Translations under genes and position numbers: made by a program
The notes under the pieces: model-generated
What the model was told of the DNA's origin: nothing
The model's database searches: none
Seen by the model: the letters and a program-made list of their open reading frames with translations, nothing else
IMG/VR virus record: IMGVR_UViG_3300033066_000360
Location: 20,154 to 84,153 of that record
Source: a virus
Lineage: Duplodnaviria; Caudoviricetes
Direction: 5' to 3' (one strand)
DNA: 64,000 nt
In this document: piece by piece, positions 14,090-22,072 of the stretch
Numbering within the stretch: position 1 is the first letter of the stretch
How the letters are laid out: every line of letters starts with the position of its first letter

Positions 14090-14505
14090 AAGAAAAGTGG
14101 AAACTTGCGATGGAGAAAAGAGACACAAGAAACCGGCACAAGATATTCGTGTATGGGAGTAATCTGGCGGGAAGAAACGGAGCCGGAAGCGCCTTGCACG
14201 CCAAGAAGTATTTCGAGGCTAAAAATGGCGTCGGATTTGGTAGGACGGGAAACGCATACTCGATTCCGACGAAGGATAGTTCCCTTAACCCGCTTTCCCT
14301 AAAAACTATCCGGGAATACGTTACCGAGTTTCTACGCTACGCTTCCGAACACCCCGAACTGGAATTCTTTGTGGTCGCCATCGGAACGGGTCTGGCGGGT
14401 TATTCCCACGAACAAATCGCGCCGATGTTTAAGTACGCTCCGCCAAACTGCGAGTTACTGCCGGAATGGATAAGGATCAATAACAATGGAAAAGTGGGAA
14501 ATTGA
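14086..14505 (+). CDS. conserved phage protein (IFVYGSN..G..GAG family, possibly macro-domain-like)
   Basis: IFVYGSNLAGRNGAGSA, YSIPT, AIGTGLAGY, IAPMF. Confidence 0.6.
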   Translation: MKEKWKLAMEKRDTRNRHKIFVYGSNLAGRNGAGSALHAKKYFEAKNGVGFGRTGNAYSIPTKDSSLNPLSLKTIREYVTEFLRYASEHPELEFFVVAIGTGLAGYSHEQIAPMFKYAPPNCELLPEWIRINNNGKVGN

Positions 14506-14544
14506 GGAGCGAAGGAACAAAGAGCGAACGGACAGAAAGCATAG

Positions 14545-14715
14545 ACAGCGTGCATTCCAGAGCAAATCCCCGCTGTTGAAGCATGGTGCTTTAATTGGCT
14601 TGGAGTTCGACTTCCGGTAACAAATGTCAAGGATATTGCAATGATTGAATTGTTGGATGACAGAGCAATACAGATTATTGCGAATACCGGACTAAGAGCA
14701 GATGGAAAAGAATAG
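14545..14715 (+). pseudogene. start-less duplicate of the C-terminal half of the HAD phosphatase
   Basis: TACIPEQIPAVEAWCFNWLGVRLPVTNVKDIAMIELLDDRAIQIIANTGLRADGKE, preceded by an in-frame TAG. Confidence 0.8.
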
Positions 14716-14726
14716 CCCTACCGGGC
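14715..14726. repeat. GCCCTACCGGGC hairpin motif
   Basis: Exact copy at a stop codon. Confidence 0.8.
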
Positions 14727-14786
14727 AGAGTGAGGCTAGGATTCGTATTCGACTAGCCTTATTCTTATTAATGGCGAATACAATAG

Positions 14787-15425
14787 GTGATTATGACATT
14801 AACTCGACTTGAGCGGCTTTCCCTTGTTTATAGTCTCTTGACAAAGACATTTGGACCTACTGCTCATAGATTTGTTGGGCCTGTCTGCTGGTATACGAAT
14901 CCACAAAGCAGCTTGCCTCAGATTATCAAAGTATGCCCTGATCCACTCGACAGAGAGACAATTTCTCTCGTGGCCCATATTCTTGGAGTGTCTCCTACAA
15001 GACAAATGGTAAACGAGCCTCGCGTCTGGGCCTCAGAAAAAATTGTCGAAAGAGGATTGCTAGAACCAGACGTTCTGGCATTTGGGATCGGTGAGGGATT
15101 GGGGATGGCGCGTTCAGTGGGATACGAACTTACCGATGTAGATGCTCTTGTTTTACATGATAAAGTCCGCCCACTTTACAGCAAGAACACAGAGACAGAT
15201 GTTATTAGAGAGGCTTGGCTTTCTGCTGTACCCGGCATGGCTGGATATGCTTCTTGGCATTTACTTTCTTTTCTTTATTCCCCCTATCTTGGTGCAGATA
15301 AGACCATGACAATGATTGATTGCAGGGAGATTACAAAGGGAAGTTTTGAAAGACTTGAAAGGGTGGATCCCTTTGCCAAGGGATTGACTGTCCAAAAAAC
15401 TGTTGATATACTTGTGGGCAGGTAG
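14787..15425 (+). CDS. hypothetical protein
   Basis: 212-aa ORF. Confidence 0.65.
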   Translation: MIMTLTRLERLSLVYSLLTKTFGPTAHRFVGPVCWYTNPQSSLPQIIKVCPDPLDRETISLVAHILGVSPTRQMVNEPRVWASEKIVERGLLEPDVLAFGIGEGLGMARSVGYELTDVDALVLHDKVRPLYSKNTETDVIREAWLSAVPGMAGYASWHLLSFLYSPYLGADKTMTMIDCREITKGSFERLERVDPFAKGLTVQKTVDILVGR

Positions 15426-15505
15426 AGGGAAACCTTGGCCTATTTATTTCGGAGCGGGAGACAAGGTTCACTCCTTACTTGTCTCCCGTTTCCATTAGGA
15501 GAGAT

Positions 15506-15856
15506 ATGAACAAAGAGGCAAAAAGAATACTGATCGAGATACTACAGGACTACTATGATGGTGGAGACTCTAGCATATTCAATTTCTACGTCCCCTGGAC
15601 TCCAGAGAGAGAGGAGTTTTTGAGGAGTATTAAGTCGGATACTGAATGCGACTTTGAGTTGGTGATAGAAAGAGAGCAATCTCATATGAATCCTGAATCA
15701 ATAATTATTCAGGGCATTGATACGGTAGTTCGATACTTTATTAAAGTGTTGAAAAAGGAGATTAAAGATGAAATCAATAGTAAGGATGGGACTGGTGTTC
15801 TTCGCGTTGATATGCCTGTCGGGGATCCAAACCGCATCGGCACAGAGCGATTGTGA
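15506..15856 (+). CDS. hypothetical protein
   Basis: AGGAG SD before ATG 15506. Confidence 0.6.
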   Translation: MNKEAKRILIEILQDYYDGGDSSIFNFYVPWTPEREEFLRSIKSDTECDFELVIEREQSHMNPESIIIQGIDTVVRYFIKVLKKEIKDEINSKDGTGVLRVDMPVGDPNRIGTERL

Positions 15857-16517
15857 TGGAATTCCATCGCAGCAATGTGCTCCACCATGCCCTGATGGAT
15901 ATGTATGTATAGACAATTGGATTCTGGAGAGGACGTATTATCGGCATACGGCAACACCAACTTCAACCCCGACCGATACCCCTACGCCAACCCCGACCGA
16001 GACCCCTACTCCAACCGACACGCCAACGGCATCACCGACCGCGACATCTACGAACACACCTACAAACACGCCTTCGGCTACACCGACAAATACAAATACC
16101 CCCACGGCGACATGGACCGCTACCCCAAGCTCAACCCCAAGCCCAACGCCTACATCCACCCATACGCCGACAAATACATCTACTTCGACCCCGACTCAGA
16201 CGCCAACCGCTACCCCGACCAAGACCCCTACAGTGACTTCTACTCCAACGAACACTGCAACGGCCACTCAGACACCTACTAATACTCCTTGGCCAACACC
16301 AACACCAACAGCGACATGTCTACCCAATCCATGGCCTGCTACGCCAGTCCCCGGACTGTTCTATTGCACTACTGGGATCTACGATGTAACCCCGTTGCCA
16401 CCGTTGAATACTCCAACATCTACACCGGCTATGCTTGTGCCAAACTGCATGAACATTTACTGCGAGACGATTATTCCGCCCAAGGAAAAGGTATATCTAC
16501 CTAAGGAGACAAAATAA
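15768..16517 (+). CDS. secreted Thr/Pro-repeat protein with Cys-rich ends
   Basis: Signal peptide, (TP)n tract, C-terminal VYLP. Confidence 0.8.
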   Translation: MKSIVRMGLVFFALICLSGIQTASAQSDCDGIPSQQCAPPCPDGYVCIDNWILERTYYRHTATPTSTPTDTPTPTPTETPTPTDTPTASPTATSTNTPTNTPSATPTNTNTPTATWTATPSSTPSPTPTSTHTPTNTSTSTPTQTPTATPTKTPTVTSTPTNTATATQTPTNTPWPTPTPTATCLPNPWPATPVPGLFYCTTGIYDVTPLPPLNTPTSTPAMLVPNCMNIYCETIIPPKEKVYLPKETK

Positions 16518-16750
16518 TGGCACAGAAATTCGAAAAGTTGTACGTGATCGCATACTATAAAAAGCGTTCTGGCATTTGGAGCACAGCGATACTGCATGAT
16601 GCTAGCATTGATGATGCCCATGCATGGAACCAATACCAAACTCAAGAAGCCGAAGAGGAAACCACTCTCTGCCTTCCCTCCTTCAAGTCGTGGAAGAGAA
16701 AGGATCCGAGTGATTTCAAGGCTAATTTCTATCAAGCATCTGGAGAATAA
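16517..16750 (+). CDS. hypothetical protein
   Basis: Coupled ORF with SD. Confidence 0.6.
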   Translation: MAQKFEKLYVIAYYKKRSGIWSTAILHDASIDDAHAWNQYQTQEAEEETTLCLPSFKSWKRKDPSDFKANFYQASGE

Positions 16751-16995
16751 TGGGCAAAACAATTGTTGCAGCGTATTTCCCAACGGAAATATACAATAAA
16801 GACAATCCTATCTACGCGATGGAGATTATTGATTCCGATATCCCTTCGCACGAATGGTTGACGTACATGAGAGAGAAGTCGGGGATTCCTGACCTAAAAC
16901 TCTGTCATACCGGATGGATCGAGTCGTGGGTTCCCAGAAAGCCAAAGGCTCCAAAGTGGGAAGACAAGTATCAGCGAGAATCAACAGATGAGTAA
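16750..16995 (+). CDS. hypothetical protein
   Basis: Coupled ORF. Confidence 0.6.
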   Translation: MGKTIVAAYFPTEIYNKDNPIYAMEIIDSDIPSHEWLTYMREKSGIPDLKLCHTGWIESWVPRKPKAPKWEDKYQRESTDE

Positions 16996-17353
16996 CTGGA
17001 TTGAAGTGCAGGATGTAATCAACAATACCATTGGACGAACATACCAAGAGGGGCTAAACGTTGGTTCCGCTGTCCTAGCAAAAAGACGAGAGGGGATAGT
17101 GGATCTATCGTTCCTCAATGTGAAGTGGATTACTGTTGATTTCATGGCAGGGTTCCAGAATTCTTTGAATGGATCGTTCGAGAATATCCAGTTCCATTAC
17201 ATGGTTGAAGCAGTAAGAACCATTCTAGGAGCTAAGTATGTTCACAGTAACGCGAACGCCAGAAGGGTTGTATCGAGCCAAGGGCGCGACTCACGAAGTA
17301 GTGGATCGAACTTGGGTAGAAGCTCTCGGAAAGTTGACATTTCTGGAGGGTAG
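16988..17353 (+). CDS. hypothetical protein
   Basis: ORF. Confidence 0.55.
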   Translation: MSNWIEVQDVINNTIGRTYQEGLNVGSAVLAKRREGIVDLSFLNVKWITVDFMAGFQNSLNGSFENIQFHYMVEAVRTILGAKYVHSNANARRVVSSQGRDSRSSGSNLGRSSRKVDISGG

Positions 17354-17558
17354 TGCTAGACTAGATATCGAAGGAATAGTTCTTGACCCATCCGAAATGG
17401 ATAGTGGGCAGCAGGAACTACGAGACTCCATCTTGCAGGCAGAAGCAGAACTGTCCGCAGAAGAAGATGACTATATTCTGTTTCAAAAACTGGGGAAGTT
17501 GGACTACTTAATGTTTGAGTGGGTGCAACGGTATCCAGATGTTCAATTCAAGAGGTAA
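17238..17558 (+). CDS. hypothetical protein
   Basis: AGGAG SD. Confidence 0.55.
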   Translation: MFTVTRTPEGLYRAKGATHEVVDRTWVEALGKLTFLEGSARLDIEGIVLDPSEMDSGQQELRDSILQAEAELSAEEDDYILFQKLGKLDYLMFEWVQRYPDVQFKR

Positions 17559-17559
17559 C

Positions 17560-17979
17560 ATGTTAACAATTGTTGTAAACTCCCCGAAAGCTTTCAAAGG
17601 CGTTGAACAGGTGTTTCTTCCAAGCGGGGATCCAGTGTTCACTTTCCGTGGGTTCCGGCCCGGAACAGGTGTACGTATTAAGAAGCCAGACGGAACCTAC
17701 GAGAACGGCAAGGATATGGTTGTCACCGTCAAGGCTTTCGGAGAAAGATTTGAGAAGCTGTTAACCAGCTTTGGTGAGGGCTTTATCGCTCAGGTGGACG
17801 GAGAGTTTGAGATTGATTCCGAGACTGGTGGTCCTAGGCTCTGGACAAACAAAGAGGGCAAGACTGGATGCAATTTCGTCTTCAGGGCGGAAAGGATTAC
17901 TCCGGTTGTCTGGGGTGCAAAGAACAAAGAAGAGGCCAAGGAGGACAAGGGTGGGTCTACAGATGAAGTCCCCTTCTAG
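17560..17979 (+). CDS. ssb: single-stranded DNA-binding protein
   Basis: OB-fold-like pattern, acidic tail ending DEVPF. Confidence 0.75.
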   Translation: MLTIVVNSPKAFKGVEQVFLPSGDPVFTFRGFRPGTGVRIKKPDGTYENGKDMVVTVKAFGERFEKLLTSFGEGFIAQVDGEFEIDSETGGPRLWTNKEGKTGCNFVFRAERITPVVWGAKNKEEAKEDKGGSTDEVPF

Positions 17980-17983
17980 GGAC

Positions 17984-18187
17984 ATGACTTTGCAAGAGGC
18001 CAGTACGTATCTAATGAAGGAGGAGAGCGAAGCGGAGACATTGCTTCGCTCTCGCCCTTTTACCTACGGATCTATTAGGCAAATAGATATCGGAGTAACA
18101 GTAAATGGAGTTAGCATGACTCTCATGGAGGCAGCTAACAAATTTTCCGACCAGAAAATGCGCCCATTTATTGTCTGGAGTGACTGA
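17984..18187 (+). CDS. hypothetical protein
   Basis: ORF from ATG 17984. Confidence 0.5.
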   Translation: MTLQEASTYLMKEESEAETLLRSRPFTYGSIRQIDIGVTVNGVSMTLMEAANKFSDQKMRPFIVWSD

Positions 18188-18312
18188 TGAAAGAGATAAA
18201 AGACTTTTTCTTTATGCTAACTAATACCCTTGGATATATTGGCATTGTGGTACTCGTTCTTCTTGCAATACAGTTTGCGGTGTTGGCAGCAAAAGCAATA
18301 GGAGGGTGGTAA
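18187..18312 (+). CDS. small membrane protein (41 aa)
   Basis: TGATG coupling, single TM segment. Confidence 0.5.
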   Translation: MKEIKDFFFMLTNTLGYIGIVVLVLLAIQFAVLAAKAIGGW

Positions 18313-18437
18313 TGGGATTTCTTGACAAGTATCTTATGCTTCCAAGTGGTGAACCGAACATGGTTCTTTGGATCATTATTCTTGGGATGGTTGTGGTTGT
18401 GTCGGTATTGATTCGAGTGGGGATGAATAAGAAATAA
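18312..18437 (+). CDS. small membrane protein (41 aa)
   Basis: TAATG coupling, GGAGG SD, single TM segment. Confidence 0.5.
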   Translation: MGFLDKYLMLPSGEPNMVLWIIILGMVVVVSVLIRVGMNKK

Positions 18438-19065
18438 TTTCTCCTTCAAGAGGGCTGTCAAGACGGAGTGGCTTAGCTTCCCCAAGGATCTTAGCTGTAT
18501 TCTCAAGGACTTCATCAGATGAATCAGAATCTAATCGACCGGCAAAAACCAACTGAAGGTACGCGGTGGCAACTGGGGATTGCATTAGGACGTTTCCTGC
18601 TTGAACTGCATCCCGGTCCAATACAGGACGACCTGTCCCATCAGGCACTGATGCTCCTATACGCATTAGATTTTCTAATAGTGGAGGGAAGCCAGCTTGG
18701 AGGATACTCATTATTTGATGTCGTACGTCTAGGACAGATTCATCGGCAAGAATTCTGGCTAGTACAATCTGACTTGCGACACCAATATAGCCCTTCTGCC
18801 TCCAATCGACAAGAGCTTCTACAGATACTCCAACAAGCTCTGCAAGCTCTTTCTCCGTCCGACGTTTTCCCGGCTCATACTTAAGGGTGCAATACTTAAT
18901 TGCGCCTAGTAGCTGGCGAACATGAGAGGAGTTGGACACATCAATCCCAAGCTCTTTGGCCTTAGCAATATAGGCCCAAGACTTGTTAACCGATTGCCAC
19001 TCCTCTTTGGTAATACCATAGGGAGCACCGCGCTCTACTTCTTCTTTACTAAGTGGGTCTGACAT
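18376..19065 (-). CDS. HTH protein, possible terminase small subunit
   Basis: TEKELAELVGVSVEALVDWRQ HTH followed by a helical region. Confidence 0.5.
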   Translation of the reverse strand: MSDPLSKEEVERGAPYGITKEEWQSVNKSWAYIAKAKELGIDVSNSSHVRQLLGAIKYCTLKYEPGKRRTEKELAELVGVSVEALVDWRQKGYIGVASQIVLARILADESVLDVRHQIMSILQAGFPPLLENLMRIGASVPDGTGRPVLDRDAVQAGNVLMQSPVATAYLQLVFAGRLDSDSSDEVLENTAKILGEAKPLRLDSPLEGEIISYSSPLESIPTQPQPSQE

Positions 19066-19091
19066 ACCCTTATTATGTCACAAGGAGACAC

Positions 19092-19355
19092 ATGCAAAAA
19101 CTATTTTGCGCTTACATCAAGTCAATTAACTACACAAAAGACCCTGTTACCGGCATGGTGGGCAGCAAAGAAAGTCGCGGAATCCTTACGACATGTACTG
19201 CCAAGACTCAGGCGGAGGCTAATCGCAAGTTCACCCAAATGGCCAAGACAATCTGGCCGCAGACTGGCGATAATGCCAAGTGGTCACGAGTCGATGTGCA
19301 AACACATGAGGTTCCACTCATTGATGTGTTTGTTGTTTCTGCGAGCTTGAGGTGA
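19092..19355 (+). CDS. small protein, tandem family member 1
   Basis: AGGAG SD; TAKTQAEA motif. Confidence 0.6.
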   Translation: MQKLFCAYIKSINYTKDPVTGMVGSKESRGILTTCTAKTQAEANRKFTQMAKTIWPQTGDNAKWSRVDVQTHEVPLIDVFVVSASLR

Positions 19356-19585
19356 GAAGCCTGTATGCTATTGAATGGGGGGCGCAACGAGTGGAGGATG
19401 ACGCGCGAGTTAGCAGTCTAGGCATTCTCTTGGCAGGATCCATCGAAGATGCCCGAAATAAATCTTTTGATAAGGCTCATAGAGACTTTCCACAGAGAGA
19501 CGGATACTGCAAACACTTTGTTAGGACGGATGTAGGACATGAACTTCAAGAGATTGTTAGGTTTATGGACACTGAAATGAAATGA
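19352..19585 (+). CDS. small protein, tandem family member 2
   Basis: LAGSIEDA motif. Confidence 0.6.
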   Translation: MRSLYAIEWGAQRVEDDARVSSLGILLAGSIEDARNKSFDKAHRDFPQRDGYCKHFVRTDVGHELQEIVRFMDTEMK

Positions 19586-19806
19586 AAACATTCATTTGCC
19601 ATGCTTCATGTCAGGGGGATCTTACGGGTGAATCGCGGACAACCCTTGTACCATTCCCCGCTTATGAAGCAAAGACTAAAGAGGAAGCGGAATTTTGGGG
19701 ATTAAAAACGGTCAAGTATTGGTTCCCAGAAGATCATTACTCTGATTACAAGGTAGAAGTGGAGGTAATAAATGAAATATTGGGCAGTGCAAATACTGGG
19801 GCGTAA
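19582..19806 (+). CDS. small protein, tandem family member 3
   Basis: EAKTKEEA motif. Confidence 0.6.
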   Translation: MKTFICHASCQGDLTGESRTTLVPFPAYEAKTKEEAEFWGLKTVKYWFPEDHYSDYKVEVEVINEILGSANTGA

Positions 19807-20068
19807 GGGAGGGGATGATTCGGAATGCTACGAACTGCATCTAACAGCTACAAGCGCCCCAACAAGAGAGCTTGCAATCGAAAGGATGACCCTTGAACTA
19901 AAAAAAACCAAAAGGGATCTCATGGCGCAAGGGAATGGCAGTTGGAATTTCATTTTTGAGGTCAGGGAGGTTACCATAAAGGCTCACAATCTAATCATAA
20001 AGTTGAACGAAGCTCTTGGTCATGCAGGCTTTTCTTTTGAGAGAAAGGAGGATTGTGGGGACGCATGA
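19772..20068 (+). CDS. small protein, tandem family member 4
   Basis: SAPTRELA motif; GGAGG SD. Confidence 0.6.
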   Translation: MKYWAVQILGRKGGDDSECYELHLTATSAPTRELAIERMTLELKKTKRDLMAQGNGSWNFIFEVREVTIKAHNLIIKLNEALGHAGFSFERKEDCGDA

Positions 20069-20663
20069 ATCCCTTTTCAGGGAGAACTTTGCCAAGTTAA
20101 TTAACTCGCAGGGATGTATGGAGTGGGTTCCAAATCCAAACATTGTCTGGAGGGTGGCCAAGAAAGAAGGCGCAGACAGAAGTGCGACAGCCAACGGCAA
20201 GCCGGATGGCTATATCCTTACCATGGGCAGACACTATGACGTAGAGCTAAAGGCATCAGGAGCCAACGGGCTATACGACATGGGCAATCCCACGCTTCCT
20301 GAGGACAACAGTGATGGGCCGGGATGGAGGCAGAACCAGCGCGGTTATTGGATTAAGCACAATCTGAATACTGGGACTCCATACTGGATTGGTATCGCCT
20401 TGTGGGGAGGCGGGAAGCCTTACTCTCCATGGGGGAGGTATATTCTGATGAAGGCTGAGACATACATTGATCTTGAGTCATGGATCTATACCAATACTGG
20501 TCTAAGGGTACTAGCCTATAGTCCAGAAACCGGGATTGGATCCCGCAAGAACTTCTCATGGACCTCGTATCTGCGTGAATTCCCCCACCAAAAGAATCGC
20601 TCCGTTGAACTCGTATGGGAGAAAGGCGGATTGCGATTCGTTGATTACATACCTTTCACATGA
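20055..20663 (+). CDS. PD-(D/E)xK nuclease (resolvase-like)
   Basis: KPDGYI..DVELKA, QNQ; GTG 20055 with AGGAGG SD. Confidence 0.7.
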   Translation: MGTHESLFRENFAKLINSQGCMEWVPNPNIVWRVAKKEGADRSATANGKPDGYILTMGRHYDVELKASGANGLYDMGNPTLPEDNSDGPGWRQNQRGYWIKHNLNTGTPYWIGIALWGGGKPYSPWGRYILMKAETYIDLESWIYTNTGLRVLAYSPETGIGSRKNFSWTSYLREFPHQKNRSVELVWEKGGLRFVDYIPFT

Positions 20664-21421
20664 TAGACCCAGCATACTTCAATTTCCTATTAGAAACCAA
20701 CCCGAAGTCTGCCGCGAGCTTAGTGGCAGAACTTATATCAGAAGGGGTAATTCCCCACATTCCGCCAGATCAATTGCCGGGAGAATCGGATGAAGAATAC
20801 AGCAAGCGATGGCAGGCCGATATCCAAGAAGTTACTGCGATTGCGCTATCTAAGGGCGCAAGCTCGTTCCGTGAGGCTACTGCGGTCACTCTCTTGGCTG
20901 TCATCAAACAGGGATCTCACCTTGAGACAACGGAAGCGCGACAAATTGAGGCAGAGGGAGAAGATCCTCTTGAACTATTTCTTGGCAAGGTGTCGAGAGC
21001 GTTCAGTGCGCCCACTGTCAGCCGAATTCGAACGTTTCTACGCCTTACTCTTCCAGCCCTACAAGCTGCGGGTGTTGAAGTTACCACCGCACATATCATG
21101 GCTGTTGTTAGAGGAGATGGCGATTTCACGGTGGCAGGACCCATCAGGGCAATCAATGATGCAGTTCGGCGTGATGGGAAACTATCGGAAGAGGATGCCA
21201 AGTATGCTTCCGGAGTTATAACCGGAGACATTAAAGACAATGAGGAGCAAGTGCGCGAGCACTTTTCCGACGGGAAATCCGAGAAGCGTAAGCCCATTGA
21301 AGCGGTCTATAATATAGCCACAGATGACAGAGTAGATGTTCTATTCATCGGCATCACAGAAGACGAATGGAGAGTTCTCCAAAACCGTACAGAGGGTTAT
21401 GTCAACTACAGACTCAAGTAA
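20660..21421 (+). CDS. hypothetical protein
   Basis: 253-aa ORF. Confidence 0.7.
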   Translation: MIDPAYFNFLLETNPKSAASLVAELISEGVIPHIPPDQLPGESDEEYSKRWQADIQEVTAIALSKGASSFREATAVTLLAVIKQGSHLETTEARQIEAEGEDPLELFLGKVSRAFSAPTVSRIRTFLRLTLPALQAAGVEVTTAHIMAVVRGDGDFTVAGPIRAINDAVRRDGKLSEEDAKYASGVITGDIKDNEEQVREHFSDGKSEKRKPIEAVYNIATDDRVDVLFIGITEDEWRVLQNRTEGYVNYRLK

Positions 21422-21884
21422 AGTAACAATAGAGTTCGACAACTACAAGGAAGAGACAACGAGCGCCATTGAATTGCGTCAGTGCAAAGTCTTTGGACCG
21501 TGGTATCAGGAGACAGATTGGGATGAAGCTGTTCGTATCCCACACAGCGGGTTCTCGCATCGTGGGATAACCTTTACACTCTCCGGCTTTGGCAAGCTGG
21601 ACAAGAAGCCATCCATGCAGCCCTCCGCCAAAGTAAAGGACAAGTTCAACCTTATCTTTGGCAAGGGGTATATGCTTATCAAGTCCCACCATTGGGAAGC
21701 CATTTACTATCTGGAAAAGAAGGGACTTGTAGACGATCTACTCAAGCGAATGAAACGGCAGATGGACGCAGGCTCTAACAGACTAGACGCCCTGTCCACA
21801 GCCTTATCAGAGATGGGAGCTACCGCTCTAGAAGAACCAACAGTTACGAAGCACATTGATACAGATACGCGACCAGAATTTTAA
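21399..21884 (+). CDS. hypothetical protein
   Basis: ORF from ATG 21399. Confidence 0.6.
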   Translation: MSTTDSSKVTIEFDNYKEETTSAIELRQCKVFGPWYQETDWDEAVRIPHSGFSHRGITFTLSGFGKLDKKPSMQPSAKVKDKFNLIFGKGYMLIKSHHWEAIYYLEKKGLVDDLLKRMKRQMDAGSNRLDALSTALSEMGATALEEPTVTKHIDTDTRPEF

Positions 21885-21886
21885 TC

Positions 21887-22072
21887 ATGGACAAGAGCAA
21901 ATCAAGACCCGGCGAAATGAACGGCAATGCAGTACTAACCAAAGATATGGTGAGAGCCATTAGGCGTCTTTGGAAGTCCGAAAAACTCACCCAATCCGAG
22001 ATTGCATACGCATTTAGCGTCTCACGATCTGCCGTTAAGCATGTCGTGAACAAAACAACATGGGATAACTAA
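21887..22072 (+). CDS. small HTH DNA-binding protein (type found C-terminal in HNH endonucleases)
   Basis: GEMNGNAVLT..VRAIR..TQSEIAYAFSVS..TW. Confidence 0.7.
   Translation: MDKSKSRPGEMNGNAVLTKDMVRAIRRLWKSEKLTQSEIAYAFSVSRSAVKHVVNKTTWDN

Noticed and set aside
15905-16282. ORF with [12 protein letters not shown]-type repeats (and the antisense GV-repeat ORF 15938-16159)
   Set aside because: Alternative-frame shadows of the Thr/Pro repeat gene.
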